From positions 1,784-65,783 of the forward strand of contig DASWNK010000148.1 in assembly GCA_036399275.1 (NCBI GenBank): a stretch of DNA of 64,000 bases. The letters run 5' to 3'. Positions 10,772 through 19,411 of this stretch are shown piece after piece. The notes under the pieces are model-generated. The model was not told the origin of the DNA and ran no database searches. It saw only the letters and a list, made by a program, of their open reading frames with translations. The position numbers and the translations under genes were made by a program. How positions within the stretch are numbered: position 1 is the first letter of the stretch; each line of letters begins with the position of its first letter. The stretch is from Bacteroidia bacterium. Its GTDB lineage: Bacteria > Bacteroidota > Bacteroidia > 2-12-FULL-35-15.

Positions 10772-12940
10772 ATGAAGAATACTCTCAGATTTCTATTACT
10801 CCTTGCGGGCATCGTTCTTGCTAATTGTGTCTCTGCTCAGATTGTTGATCCTGTTAAATGGAAAGTCACCAGTAAAAAGATCAGCGATTGCGAATACGAA
10901 TTGCAGTTCACAGGCACCATTGATGAGCATTGGCATGTGTATTCCTTAACGATAAATGGCGACGATGGCCCGATGCCGGCGAAGATTTCGTTGGATAAAA
11001 GCGCTGATTTCGAAGCGATAGGTAAAGCGACAGAAGGCACACCAATAAAATCGTTCGATAAAGTTTTTGAAGTAAACGTTGCCTATTTTGAAAAAATCGT
11101 CACTTTTAAACAAAAAGTACGATTAAAAAGCAATAAGGATATTACTGTAACGGGTACATACGAATATCAGGCCTGTACCGAAGAGAAATGCATCTTTCCT
11201 CCTGCCACTCCTTTCGAATTCAAATTCAAAGGTACAGCTGAGTGTGAAAAGGCTGGCGTAAAGCTTGTTCCTGTGGAGACTGGAAATACTTCGAGTAATC
11301 CATGTTATTGTGATTCTGTTGCTCTTCTAAAAATCTGGCATTCCATTCAGAATGGCGACAACAGTGCAAATGCATATACGAGCAAATCGTCAGAACCAAC
11401 TAAAAAAGATTCTTCTGCAACAGCTTCGGTTTCTCAATCATCAGCTAACAATAATGACAATGGAACAGAATCAACAAAAGGCAGAGCCTGGTGGAGTATT
11501 TTTATTACAGGGTTCCTTGGTGGATTGGCTGCATTGTTGACTCCCTGTGTATTTCCGATGATCCCCATGACGGTAAGTTTCTTTACCAAGAGGAGCAAAA
11601 CCCGTGCAACAGGTATTACAAATGCATTGATCTACGGAAGTGCGATCATTGTTATTTATGTGCTGTTGGGCTTGGGAGTAACAAGCGCCTTTGGGCCGGA
11701 TGCATTGAATGCTTTATCCACAAATGTCTGGTTCAACCTCGCTTTCTTTGCCTTATTGGTCGTTTTCGCCATTTCCTTTTTAGGAGCATTTGAAATTGTA
11801 TTGCCTTCCGGATTTGTAAATAAAATAGATGCAAAGAGTGATAAAGGCGGATTGATCGGCATTTTCTTCATGGCCTTTACTCTGGCCCTTGTATCTTTTT
11901 CCTGCACCGGCCCGATCATCGGAACACTTTTGGTAGATGCTGCAGTTAACGGAGGTATCAGAGGGCCATTCTGGGGCATGTTCGGCTTTTCAGCCGCACT
12001 GGCATTACCTTTTGGACTGTTCGCAGCTTTCCCGGGATGGTTAAATTCATTACCGAAATCCGGCGGCTGGCTGAACTCGGTAAAAGTTGTATTAGGGTTT
12101 CTTGAGCTTGCATTGGCCTTAAAATTCGCTTCTAACGCGGATCTGGTGGTACAAGCCGGAATCATTACCCGTGAGATCTTCATAGCATTATGGATCGTCA
12201 TCTTTGGGTTGATGGGCATTTATTTAATGGGATGGATCAAATTTTCGCATGACAGTCCATTATCACATCTTTCTGTTACACGTTTATTCTTTGCAATCTT
12301 TGCCTTTTCATTTACCATTTACCTGGTTCCCGGATTATGGGGCGCTCCGCTTAAAATGATCAGTGGCTTCCCTCCTCCTGACTTTTACAGTGAATCACCC
12401 GGAGGATTCGGAGGATCAAAAACTGCACTTCCTGTCAATATTAGTGGTCATGGAATTGCCAGTGATCGTAAAGCGGAACATTGTCCGAATGAGCTGCCAT
12501 GTTTCCATGATTATGATGAAGCCCTTGCTTATGCAAAAAAAGTAGGCAAGCCTTTAATGATCGACTTTACAGGATGGGCCTGTGTAAATTGCCGCAAGAT
12601 GGAGTCCCAGGTATGGCCTGATCCGGAAGTTGATCGTCGCATCCGCAATGAAGTGGTGCTCGTATCCTTGTATGTCGATGATAAAAACGAACTTCCTGCT
12701 GATCAGCAGGTGGTAAAAAAACTGGGCGATCGTGATTTTAAGATAAAAACAATTGGAAACAAATGGAGCTATATGCAGGCGAATGTGTATCAAACCAATT
12801 CACAACCTCAGTATATATTGGTGGATCACAATGAAAAGATGCTGACCCAGAAAACGGCACATTACGACCCGGACATCAAGAAATATATCAACTGGCTCGA
12901 TGAAGGAATCAATGAATTCAAAAAACGAACCGGCAAATAA
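10772..12940 (+). CDS. dsbD: DsbD-family protein-disulfide reductase (N-terminal DsbD-alpha-like domain, CcdA-type TM core, C-terminal thioredoxin domain)
   Basis: Signal peptide from the ATG at 10772. Alpha-domain Cys pair ACTEEKC. TM cysteines in LLTPCVFPM and FSCTGPI. C-terminal thioredoxin WACVNC. The ORF-track start at 10691 reads through the upstream terminator, so I rejected it. Confidence 0.88.
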   Translation: MKNTLRFLLLLAGIVLANCVSAQIVDPVKWKVTSKKISDCEYELQFTGTIDEHWHVYSLTINGDDGPMPAKISLDKSADFEAIGKATEGTPIKSFDKVFEVNVAYFEKIVTFKQKVRLKSNKDITVTGTYEYQACTEEKCIFPPATPFEFKFKGTAECEKAGVKLVPVETGNTSSNPCYCDSVALLKIWHSIQNGDNSANAYTSKSSEPTKKDSSATASVSQSSANNNDNGTESTKGRAWWSIFITGFLGGLAALLTPCVFPMIPMTVSFFTKRSKTRATGITNALIYGSAIIVIYVLLGLGVTSAFGPDALNALSTNVWFNLAFFALLVVFAISFLGAFEIVLPSGFVNKIDAKSDKGGLIGIFFMAFTLALVSFSCTGPIIGTLLVDAAVNGGIRGPFWGMFGFSAALALPFGLFAAFPGWLNSLPKSGGWLNSVKVVLGFLELALALKFASNADLVVQAGIITREIFIALWIVIFGLMGIYLMGWIKFSHDSPLSHLSVTRLFFAIFAFSFTIYLVPGLWGAPLKMISGFPPPDFYSESPGGFGGSKTALPVNISGHGIASDRKAEHCPNELPCFHDYDEALAYAKKVGKPLMIDFTGWACVNCRKMESQVWPDPEVDRRIRNEVVLVSLYVDDKNELPADQQVVKKLGDRDFKIKTIGNKWSYMQANVYQTNSQPQYILVDHNEKMLTQKTAHYDPDIKKYINWLDEGINEFKKRTGK

Positions 12941-12944
12941 AAAA

Positions 12945-12976
12945 AGCTCCGCAATGCAATGCGGAGCTTTTTTTTA
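12945..12976 (+). terminator. Rho-independent terminator after dsbD
   Basis: AGCTCCGCA / TGCGGAGCT stem followed by T8. Confidence 0.8.
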
Positions 12977-13039
12977 TTGTTTCACCTCTAATAAAACTTT
13001 ATCTGCCGTTTTCTCCTTTTCGTTCCCATCTTTATTATA

Positions 13040-13047
13040 TATATTTG
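13040..13047 (+). promoter_or_regulatory. Bacteroidota -7 box (TATATTTG = TAnnTTTG)
   Basis: Perfect TAnnTTTG match 20 nt upstream of the ATG at 13068 and downstream of the dsbD terminator. Confidence 0.45.
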
Positions 13048-13067
13048 TGTATCAAACATCTTGCTGC

Positions 13068-15020
13068 ATGAATACTCGGAAAATTACTACGCTTTGTATT
13101 ATCATTGGTTTTGTTATCGCATTTCAATTCATGAATTCGGCTGCCTCCAAAAGTTCGGGACAAAAGTTTCATACCGAGGCACAACTGGATTCCTATAGAG
13201 GCATTCCCAATCGCGTGCCAATTGCTCCCGGCGAATACTTTTTACCTTCTTCGAGTTGCAAAGGCTGCCATGGATACGATTCTGCGCAAGTAGCAAATAT
13301 CAATGAAGCGGGAGAAGATATTAACCTGGTTGACAGATGGGAAAGTTCCATGATGGCTTTGGCGGCAAAAGATCCTTTCTGGAGAGCGAAGGTGAGTCAT
13401 GAAATAACGATCAATCCTGCCCACGCCGGCGATCTTCAGAATAAGTGTTTGGACTGCCATGCACCTATGGGCGCCTATACTTCAAAGTATCATGGCAATG
13501 CTTATTACGGACTTGCTGATCTTGTAAACGATTCTCTCGGTTTAGACGGCGTTTCCTGCGGCGGATGCCACTCAATCGACCCAAGCGTCGGCTATACCTA
13601 TTCAGGCATTATTCCTTATGATACCACGCTAGTTGAATACGGCCCATTTTATGCTCCGTCGGTAGGGCCTATGCAATTATATGAAGGTCTTACTCCTGTA
13701 TACAGCAGCCACATGGATCAGTCGAGAGTATGCGCGTCCTGCCATACGCTCGTAACACAATCAGTGGATCTGAGCGGCAATTATACCGGTGGTTATTTTG
13801 TGGAGCAGGGAACATATCATGAATATGTAAACTCTGATTACCCCGCAAATAGCATTACCTGCCAGAGTTGTCACATGCCGCCATTATCAGAATCAATAAT
13901 AATAGCTAACGGGTTTACTGGCTTAACTCCCCGTAGTCCATTTAATCAGCATACGTTCGCTGGTGCCAATTCGTTTATGCTAAATCTGATCAAGAACAAC
14001 AAATCAGCTTTAGGTGTAAATGTTCCGAATAAAAGTTTCGATTCTACCATTACAGCAACCTTATCATTGCTGCAAACCAAGTCGCTGAATTTCGATCTTC
14101 AATTGGTAAGCGTTACAAGTGATACTGCCTTTTTTAAAGTAAAACTGGAAAACAAAGCGGGCCATAAATTCCCTTCTGGTTATCCATCCAGAAGAGCTGT
14201 TTTGCAGTTTGTGGTTATTGATGCGATGAATGATACTGTTTTTCAATCGGGAATTTTCAACAATCAATACCGCGTGATTGGAGAAGACCCTTCTTTTGAA
14301 GTTCATCACAACATCATCAACCAATCGAATGTTTCGCAGATCTATGAAATGGCGATGGGCGATGTAAGTTCTAATTTCACATCTGTTCTGGAGCGCGCGG
14401 CTGTGCTGTTGAAGGACAATCGGTTACCACCGGCAGGTTTCAGTTCTGCTTCTCCTGTCTATGATACTGTAAAGGTGTCGAACGATGCCATTGCTGATCC
14501 TGATTTCAATAAGGTGGGCGCTGTGGAAGGAAGCGGTACCGACTGGGTTCATTTTGCAGTTCCTTTGGCAGGAAGTGTTGGAAATATCAGTGTGAAATCC
14601 AAGGTTTATTATCAATCTGTTCCACCGAAATGGCTGGATAACATGTTTACTTATAGCACACCTGAAATCAATACCTTTAAGACGATGTACCAGAATGCCG
14701 ACCAAACACCTGTTCTGGTAGCAAGCGACAGCATCAACAATGTGCTTGTGCCTACCGGCATAGGCGCTTATGCACCAAAGGAAGAGGTAAGTGTATGGCC
14801 TACCATCTCCATGGATGGTAAAGTATCTGTTTCTGCGACCTATGGAACGCTTATCAGATCAGTAGATGTGCTCAATTCGGAAGGGAAATTGCAATCCCAG
14901 CACCAAAATACAGGCTATCAGTCCACAATCAGCCTTAATTTGCCGCCAACCTCCGGTATATATTATTTACGCATAATAACAGCCACAAAAATAATGGTTA
15001 AAAAAGTTGTAAAATCCTAA
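13068..15020 (+). CDS. Pentaheme c-type cytochrome with T9SS (type A) C-terminal sorting domain
   Basis: Five in-frame CxxCH motifs: CKGCH 13257, CLDCH 13446, CGGCH 13557, CASCH 13731, CQSCH 13860. N-terminal signal/TM segment after the ATG at 13068. The last ~80 aa (VSVWPT...IYYLRI...VKKVVKS) look like a Por/T9SS CTD. Confidence 0.8.
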   Translation: MNTRKITTLCIIIGFVIAFQFMNSAASKSSGQKFHTEAQLDSYRGIPNRVPIAPGEYFLPSSSCKGCHGYDSAQVANINEAGEDINLVDRWESSMMALAAKDPFWRAKVSHEITINPAHAGDLQNKCLDCHAPMGAYTSKYHGNAYYGLADLVNDSLGLDGVSCGGCHSIDPSVGYTYSGIIPYDTTLVEYGPFYAPSVGPMQLYEGLTPVYSSHMDQSRVCASCHTLVTQSVDLSGNYTGGYFVEQGTYHEYVNSDYPANSITCQSCHMPPLSESIIIANGFTGLTPRSPFNQHTFAGANSFMLNLIKNNKSALGVNVPNKSFDSTITATLSLLQTKSLNFDLQLVSVTSDTAFFKVKLENKAGHKFPSGYPSRRAVLQFVVIDAMNDTVFQSGIFNNQYRVIGEDPSFEVHHNIINQSNVSQIYEMAMGDVSSNFTSVLERAAVLLKDNRLPPAGFSSASPVYDTVKVSNDAIADPDFNKVGAVEGSGTDWVHFAVPLAGSVGNISVKSKVYYQSVPPKWLDNMFTYSTPEINTFKTMYQNADQTPVLVASDSINNVLVPTGIGAYAPKEEVSVWPTISMDGKVSVSATYGTLIRSVDVLNSEGKLQSQHQNTGYQSTISLNLPPTSGIYYLRIITATKIMVKKVVKS

Positions 15021-15074
15021 AATTTGGCTTTACTTTATTGATCTCTAAACAGTATTAAAATTAAAAAAGCGAAC

Positions 15075-17951
15075 ATGATAAAAACTACTATTCAGAAGTC
15101 ATTTGTAATTACCTCTGCCTGTTTATTAGGAGCACTTGGCTCGAACGGGCAATTTTCATTTACAAATTCAAACAGTCTCATTTCAGCAACATCTAATAGC
15201 GGCTGTGCTATATCCGTTGTTGATTTAAACAATGATGGTCTGGACGACATTGTTAAAATGGACCAATCCACGACATTAGTTGTGGACATGCAAAATCAAA
15301 ACGGTTCTTACACGCATTATAGTCTTGGTAACATTACCGGAACTTCCCGTGTTTGGGGAATGGCAGTAGCCGATGTGGATCATAATGGCTGGAAAGACGT
15401 TGCTACCGGAAGAAACGGAGCCATGTATCTTGTAAAGCTTTCATGGACAGGATCAACTATCGCTGCAGCAACAACGACACTGAGCGGTTCTTATTTTGTT
15501 CAGAATGTTACGTTTGGTGATATGGATAATGACGGATGGGTTGATCTCGCTGTATGTGATGATAATGATTACATGAAAATCTATAAGAACAATTCAGGGA
15601 CATTGTCCTTAACAACCAGCTTAATCAATACCAGTGATTATCCGGGTATGACCTATGGTGGCGACCCTTACGATTCCGGCAATTATGGCAGTGTTTGGCT
15701 GGATATTGATAATGATGGTGATCTGGATCTTTACGTTGCGCATTGTCGTCAAAGTGCTACCAGTTATAATGATCAAAGAAGAAGAGATCGTTTGTATAAA
15801 AATAACGGATTCGGAGTATTTACAGAATCTGCGGCTTCAACAGGCATGGAGCCAACAGGTGATTTCAAGCAAACATGGACTGCCAGCTTTGGAGATCTTA
15901 ACAATGATGGTGACCAGGATGTTGTATTGACCAACCATGGTGAAAGCAGCCAGATCTTTGAAAACAATGGTTCAGGAGTATTTACTGATGTAACTTCAGG
16001 TTCCGGCTTCTCTGTCGGGTTTGATGCAATTGAGTCAATCGTTGAAGATTTCGATAATGACGGATGGCTGGATATTCTTGTTTCAGGGCCAGGCCTCGTT
16101 ATGTACCACAACAATGGCAATGGAACTTATACTTCAGTATCCGGAGTCTTCGGTGGTGCTATGACCGACTTCTTATCTTTTGCAACAGGAGATCTTAACC
16201 ACGATGGATTTATCGATCTGGAAGCTTCTTATGGAAACGTATACAATACTCCAAGCAGCACACCGGATGTATTATGGTTAAATAACAAAAATTCAAATCA
16301 CTTTATCACGTTCAATTTAACAGGAACAGTTAGCAACCAAAATGCGATCGGCGCAAAAGTAACTATCACTGGTGCTTTCGGAACTCAGGTTCGTGAAGTT
16401 AGAGCAGGTGAAACATACGGTACTGCTAACTCTATGCAATTGCATTTTGGATTAGGCGCAAATACAAGCATAACATCAGCATTGATCGAATGGCCTGCAG
16501 GTGGCACTTCCACTTTTGGCACTTTACAAGCTGATCAATTCGTTACTGCTGTTGAAGGCGGCTGCTCCATTACAAACAATATCATCCCAGGACCGTATGC
16601 GTTCTGTACAGGCGGTTCTGTAACGCTGAATGCTCCGGCAGGATATACTTCTTACTTATGGTCAAATGGAGCTACTACTTCATCCATCACTGTGAGTGCA
16701 ACTGGAAACTACAATGTAAAAGTGACCAATTCTGCCGGATGTACAAACCTTTCTCCAACAGTATCTACCGTATTAAATCCGAATCAGACTGCAACTGTTA
16801 CCACTTCAGGAGCAAACAGCTGTACCGGAACATTGACATTATCAAGTTCTGCTGCATCAGCATATAGCTGGACAGGTCCTGCGGGATTTGCAGCTAGCAC
16901 ACAAACAATCAATCCTGCAACATCCGGAACGTATTCCTTAACTACAACCGGCTTGTGTCAGAACTGGACGTCAGCTCCAACAGTTGTTTCTGTTTTAGCG
17001 GCTCCTAGCCCTACAGGAACAGGCGCAAGCGGTCCTGGCCCTGCTACTTTTAACTTAACAGCGGCAGGCTCTGGCGGAACACTGAACTGGTATACAGCTT
17101 CAACCGGTGGATCATCGATAGGGTCCGGAACAGCATTTACAACTCCAACCATTAGTAGTACGACTACTTATTATATAGATCAAACTACTCCTTACCCAGG
17201 ATCAAATTATTCTACCGCAAGACCAAACGGAAGCGGAGCAGGAACCAGCGGTGTTGTCGGAGGACTTGATTTTGATGTGTTAGCGCCATGCACACTTACT
17301 TCCGTAAAAGTATACGCTACTACTACCGGAGTGCGTACCATTCAATTAAAGGACAACACAGGAACTGTTATCAATTCAATGACCACTGCAAGTCTTCCAA
17401 TCGACTCTTCCGTGATCACTCTAAATTTCCCCTTAACTCCGGGAACCGGATACCGTTTAACACAACCTACTAATCCTGGTTTAAAGAGAAACAGTCCTGG
17501 CGCTTCTTATCCATATACTGCAGCTGGAATTCTGTCTGTTACAAATGGCTGGACAGGAACAACCACCAGCAGCACAGCTTATTATTACTATTATGACTGG
17601 AAGATAGCAACGCCTGCAACCGATTGTATAAGTTCACCGAGAGTGCCGGTTACTGCTACTGTAACCACTGCTACTGGAATTACTTCCTTATCAGAAAACA
17701 ACGGTGTGATGATCTATCCTAATCCTGCGAGCACAGAAGTGAATGTAGCATTCGGATACAACATGAACTCTACGACTGTTGTTGAAATGACCGATGTAAC
17801 TGGTCGTTTAGTAAAAACACAATCATTTGAAAATCCTGTACAAGGACAGACGGTAAAGATTGATGTGTCTGAAATGAAAGCAGGCTCCTACTTCATTACT
17901 ATTAAGAATGATACTCAGAAGCTAGTACAGAAATTAGTACTTACAAAATAA
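15075..17951 (+). CDS. CRTAC1-family FG-GAP/VCBS repeat protein with ASPIC/UnbV domain, Ig-like repeats and T9SS CTD
   Basis: 958 aa with a signal peptide and repeated DxDxDGxxD FG-GAP motifs. ASPIC/UnbV-like block (AIGAKVTITGAFGTQVREVRAGETYG). C-terminal MIYPNPAS...YFITIKN sorting domain. Confidence 0.82.
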   Translation: MIKTTIQKSFVITSACLLGALGSNGQFSFTNSNSLISATSNSGCAISVVDLNNDGLDDIVKMDQSTTLVVDMQNQNGSYTHYSLGNITGTSRVWGMAVADVDHNGWKDVATGRNGAMYLVKLSWTGSTIAAATTTLSGSYFVQNVTFGDMDNDGWVDLAVCDDNDYMKIYKNNSGTLSLTTSLINTSDYPGMTYGGDPYDSGNYGSVWLDIDNDGDLDLYVAHCRQSATSYNDQRRRDRLYKNNGFGVFTESAASTGMEPTGDFKQTWTASFGDLNNDGDQDVVLTNHGESSQIFENNGSGVFTDVTSGSGFSVGFDAIESIVEDFDNDGWLDILVSGPGLVMYHNNGNGTYTSVSGVFGGAMTDFLSFATGDLNHDGFIDLEASYGNVYNTPSSTPDVLWLNNKNSNHFITFNLTGTVSNQNAIGAKVTITGAFGTQVREVRAGETYGTANSMQLHFGLGANTSITSALIEWPAGGTSTFGTLQADQFVTAVEGGCSITNNIIPGPYAFCTGGSVTLNAPAGYTSYLWSNGATTSSITVSATGNYNVKVTNSAGCTNLSPTVSTVLNPNQTATVTTSGANSCTGTLTLSSSAASAYSWTGPAGFAASTQTINPATSGTYSLTTTGLCQNWTSAPTVVSVLAAPSPTGTGASGPGPATFNLTAAGSGGTLNWYTASTGGSSIGSGTAFTTPTISSTTTYYIDQTTPYPGSNYSTARPNGSGAGTSGVVGGLDFDVLAPCTLTSVKVYATTTGVRTIQLKDNTGTVINSMTTASLPIDSSVITLNFPLTPGTGYRLTQPTNPGLKRNSPGASYPYTAAGILSVTNGWTGTTTSSTAYYYYYDWKIATPATDCISSPRVPVTATVTTATGITSLSENNGVMIYPNPASTEVNVAFGYNMNSTTVVEMTDVTGRLVKTQSFENPVQGQTVKIDVSEMKAGSYFITIKNDTQKLVQKLVLTK

Positions 17952-17970
17952 GCTTAAGTAAATTAAAGAA

Positions 17971-18002
17971 AGCCCTGTCGTTTATGCGACAGGGCTTTTT
18001 TT
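17971..18002 (+). terminator. Rho-independent terminator
   Basis: AGCCCTGTCG / CGACAGGGCT 10-bp stem with a 6-nt loop and a T-run. Confidence 0.85.
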
Positions 18003-18143
18003 ATTGATTAACGAATAAACTAAAAACTTTACAATCGCCTAATACTATGATTGCAAGCAAGCGACTGACGCTGCCATAACAAAGGCCACTATAAAAGTGG
18101 CTGTTCTTGATCGTAAGGAAGAATGCTGTATTCGAAAAAAGCA

Positions 18144-18174
18144 TAAAAAAAGCCCCTTCAAAAAAATGAAGGAG
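18144..18174 (-). terminator. Probable terminator of the 18197-18649 gene
   Basis: CCTTCA / TGAAGG stem with an A7 loop. An A-run on the plus strand gives a T-run on the minus strand. Confidence 0.45.
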
Positions 18175-18196
18175 CTTTACTTATCATACTACTTTT

Positions 18197-18649
18197 TTAA
18201 TCATCTGTGGGTTCAGCTGCTTTAACAAAGCCAGCTTTCTTTGGCTTGATTTTCTTTACAAACAAGACATTGATCAACTCGCTGTCCATGGTTAAAAGCG
18301 GGCTTGACATGCCGTTGGTAATGATCAAAGGAACGCCTTCATAACGAGACTTTCGCTTTACTTGCTCATAAGAGCCATCTTCCATTTTTAAATACATGGC
18401 TACCACTTTTCCTTCTTTCACATCACATTTGCCATTATAACATTCTGCATCTGCGCCGGATCTGATTGTAATAATTACATCTGTGTACGAGCCATCAACT
18501 ACATCTTCCGCGCCTCTATCCTGAAACTTCTGAGCCCATTTTGTGTAACAGTTATTTTCTTCTGTCACTTTCTTTGTTGCTGCACCTTGTGCATTTGCAC
18601 AAAATGATGCTACAGATACTAAGGCAATCATCGTAATTATTTTCTTCAT
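18197..18649 (-). CDS. Secreted hypothetical protein
   Basis: 150 aa with a clear signal peptide (MKKIITMIALVSVASFCANAQ). No family recognised. Confidence 0.6.
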   Translation of the reverse strand: MKKIITMIALVSVASFCANAQGAATKKVTEENNCYTKWAQKFQDRGAEDVVDGSYTDVIITIRSGADAECYNGKCDVKEGKVVAMYLKMEDGSYEQVKRKSRYEGVPLIITNGMSSPLLTMDSELINVLFVKKIKPKKAGFVKAAEPTDD

Positions 18650-18746
18650 GGTTTAGGTATTTAAGTCCCAAATTAATTAATTAAGTTTGATAAAAGTATA
18701 AATTCTGCGCAATAATTTCAAATGTTATGCCAAAAGACTTAATTTT

Positions 18747-19340
18747 ATGCCCATAATAAGATCCGGCATGAGCAGAGCATTGATAGAAAACAACCTGAAT
18801 GAAGCCCAGAAAGTGCTGCAACAGTTTATTTCAGCACCAAAAAATATTGAAGCTATTGAAAAGGCTGGAAGGATGCTTTCGGATGCTTTCAAAAAAGGCA
18901 ACAAGGTGATTTCCTGTGGTAATGGAGGTTCGATGTGCGATGCCATGCACTTTGCCGAAGAATTAAGCGGTCGTTTCCGTAACGACAGAAAAGCATTGCC
19001 TGCCATCTCCATCTCAGATCCTTCCCATATCTCCTGCGTAGGGAATGATTATGGCTATGACAAGGTTTTTTCACGCTTCATTGAAGGGCTTGGCAATCAG
19101 GACGACATTCTGTTCTGCATCAGCACCAGCGGTAATTCGGTGAACGTGCTCAATGCAATTGAAGCGGCAAAACAAAAAGGAATGTATGTAATCGGCTTAA
19201 CGGGAAGAGACGGTGGAAAAATGGCCGGACTTTGTGATGTGGAAATCAGAGCTCCTCATAGTGAATATGCCGACAGGGCACAAGAGATCCACATTAAAGT
19301 GATTCACTCTCTTATCCATTATGTGGAAAGCTTATTGTAA
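18747..19340 (+). CDS. gmhA: SIS-domain D-sedoheptulose-7-phosphate isomerase (GmhA/DiaA family)
   Basis: 197 aa with GmhA-type blocks [18 protein letters not shown] and [18 protein letters not shown]. An alternative start exists at the internal Met 8. Confidence 0.82.
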   Translation: MPIIRSGMSRALIENNLNEAQKVLQQFISAPKNIEAIEKAGRMLSDAFKKGNKVISCGNGGSMCDAMHFAEELSGRFRNDRKALPAISISDPSHISCVGNDYGYDKVFSRFIEGLGNQDDILFCISTSGNSVNVLNAIEAAKQKGMYVIGLTGRDGGKMAGLCDVEIRAPHSEYADRAQEIHIKVIHSLIHYVESLL

Positions 19341-19354
19341 CATACTTTAAAAGT

Positions 19355-19392
19355 AAAAAAGCCCTGCTTCAGATACCGAAGCAGGGCTTTTT
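19355..19392. terminator. Bidirectional terminator between gmhA and the convergent T9SS gene
   Basis: GCCCTGCTTC / GAAGCAGGGC 10-bp stem flanked by an A-run and a T-run. Confidence 0.85.
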
Positions 19393-19411
19393 ATGTAATG
19401 CTGTTATATAC

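Noticed and set aside
11656-12219. 187-aa antisense ORF in dsbD (and the analogous 145-aa ORF 44646-45083 in the paralog)
   Set aside because: Both lie opposite the hydrophobic TM core of DsbD. The same shadow frame recurring in both paralogs reflects conserved sense-strand codons, not an independent gene.
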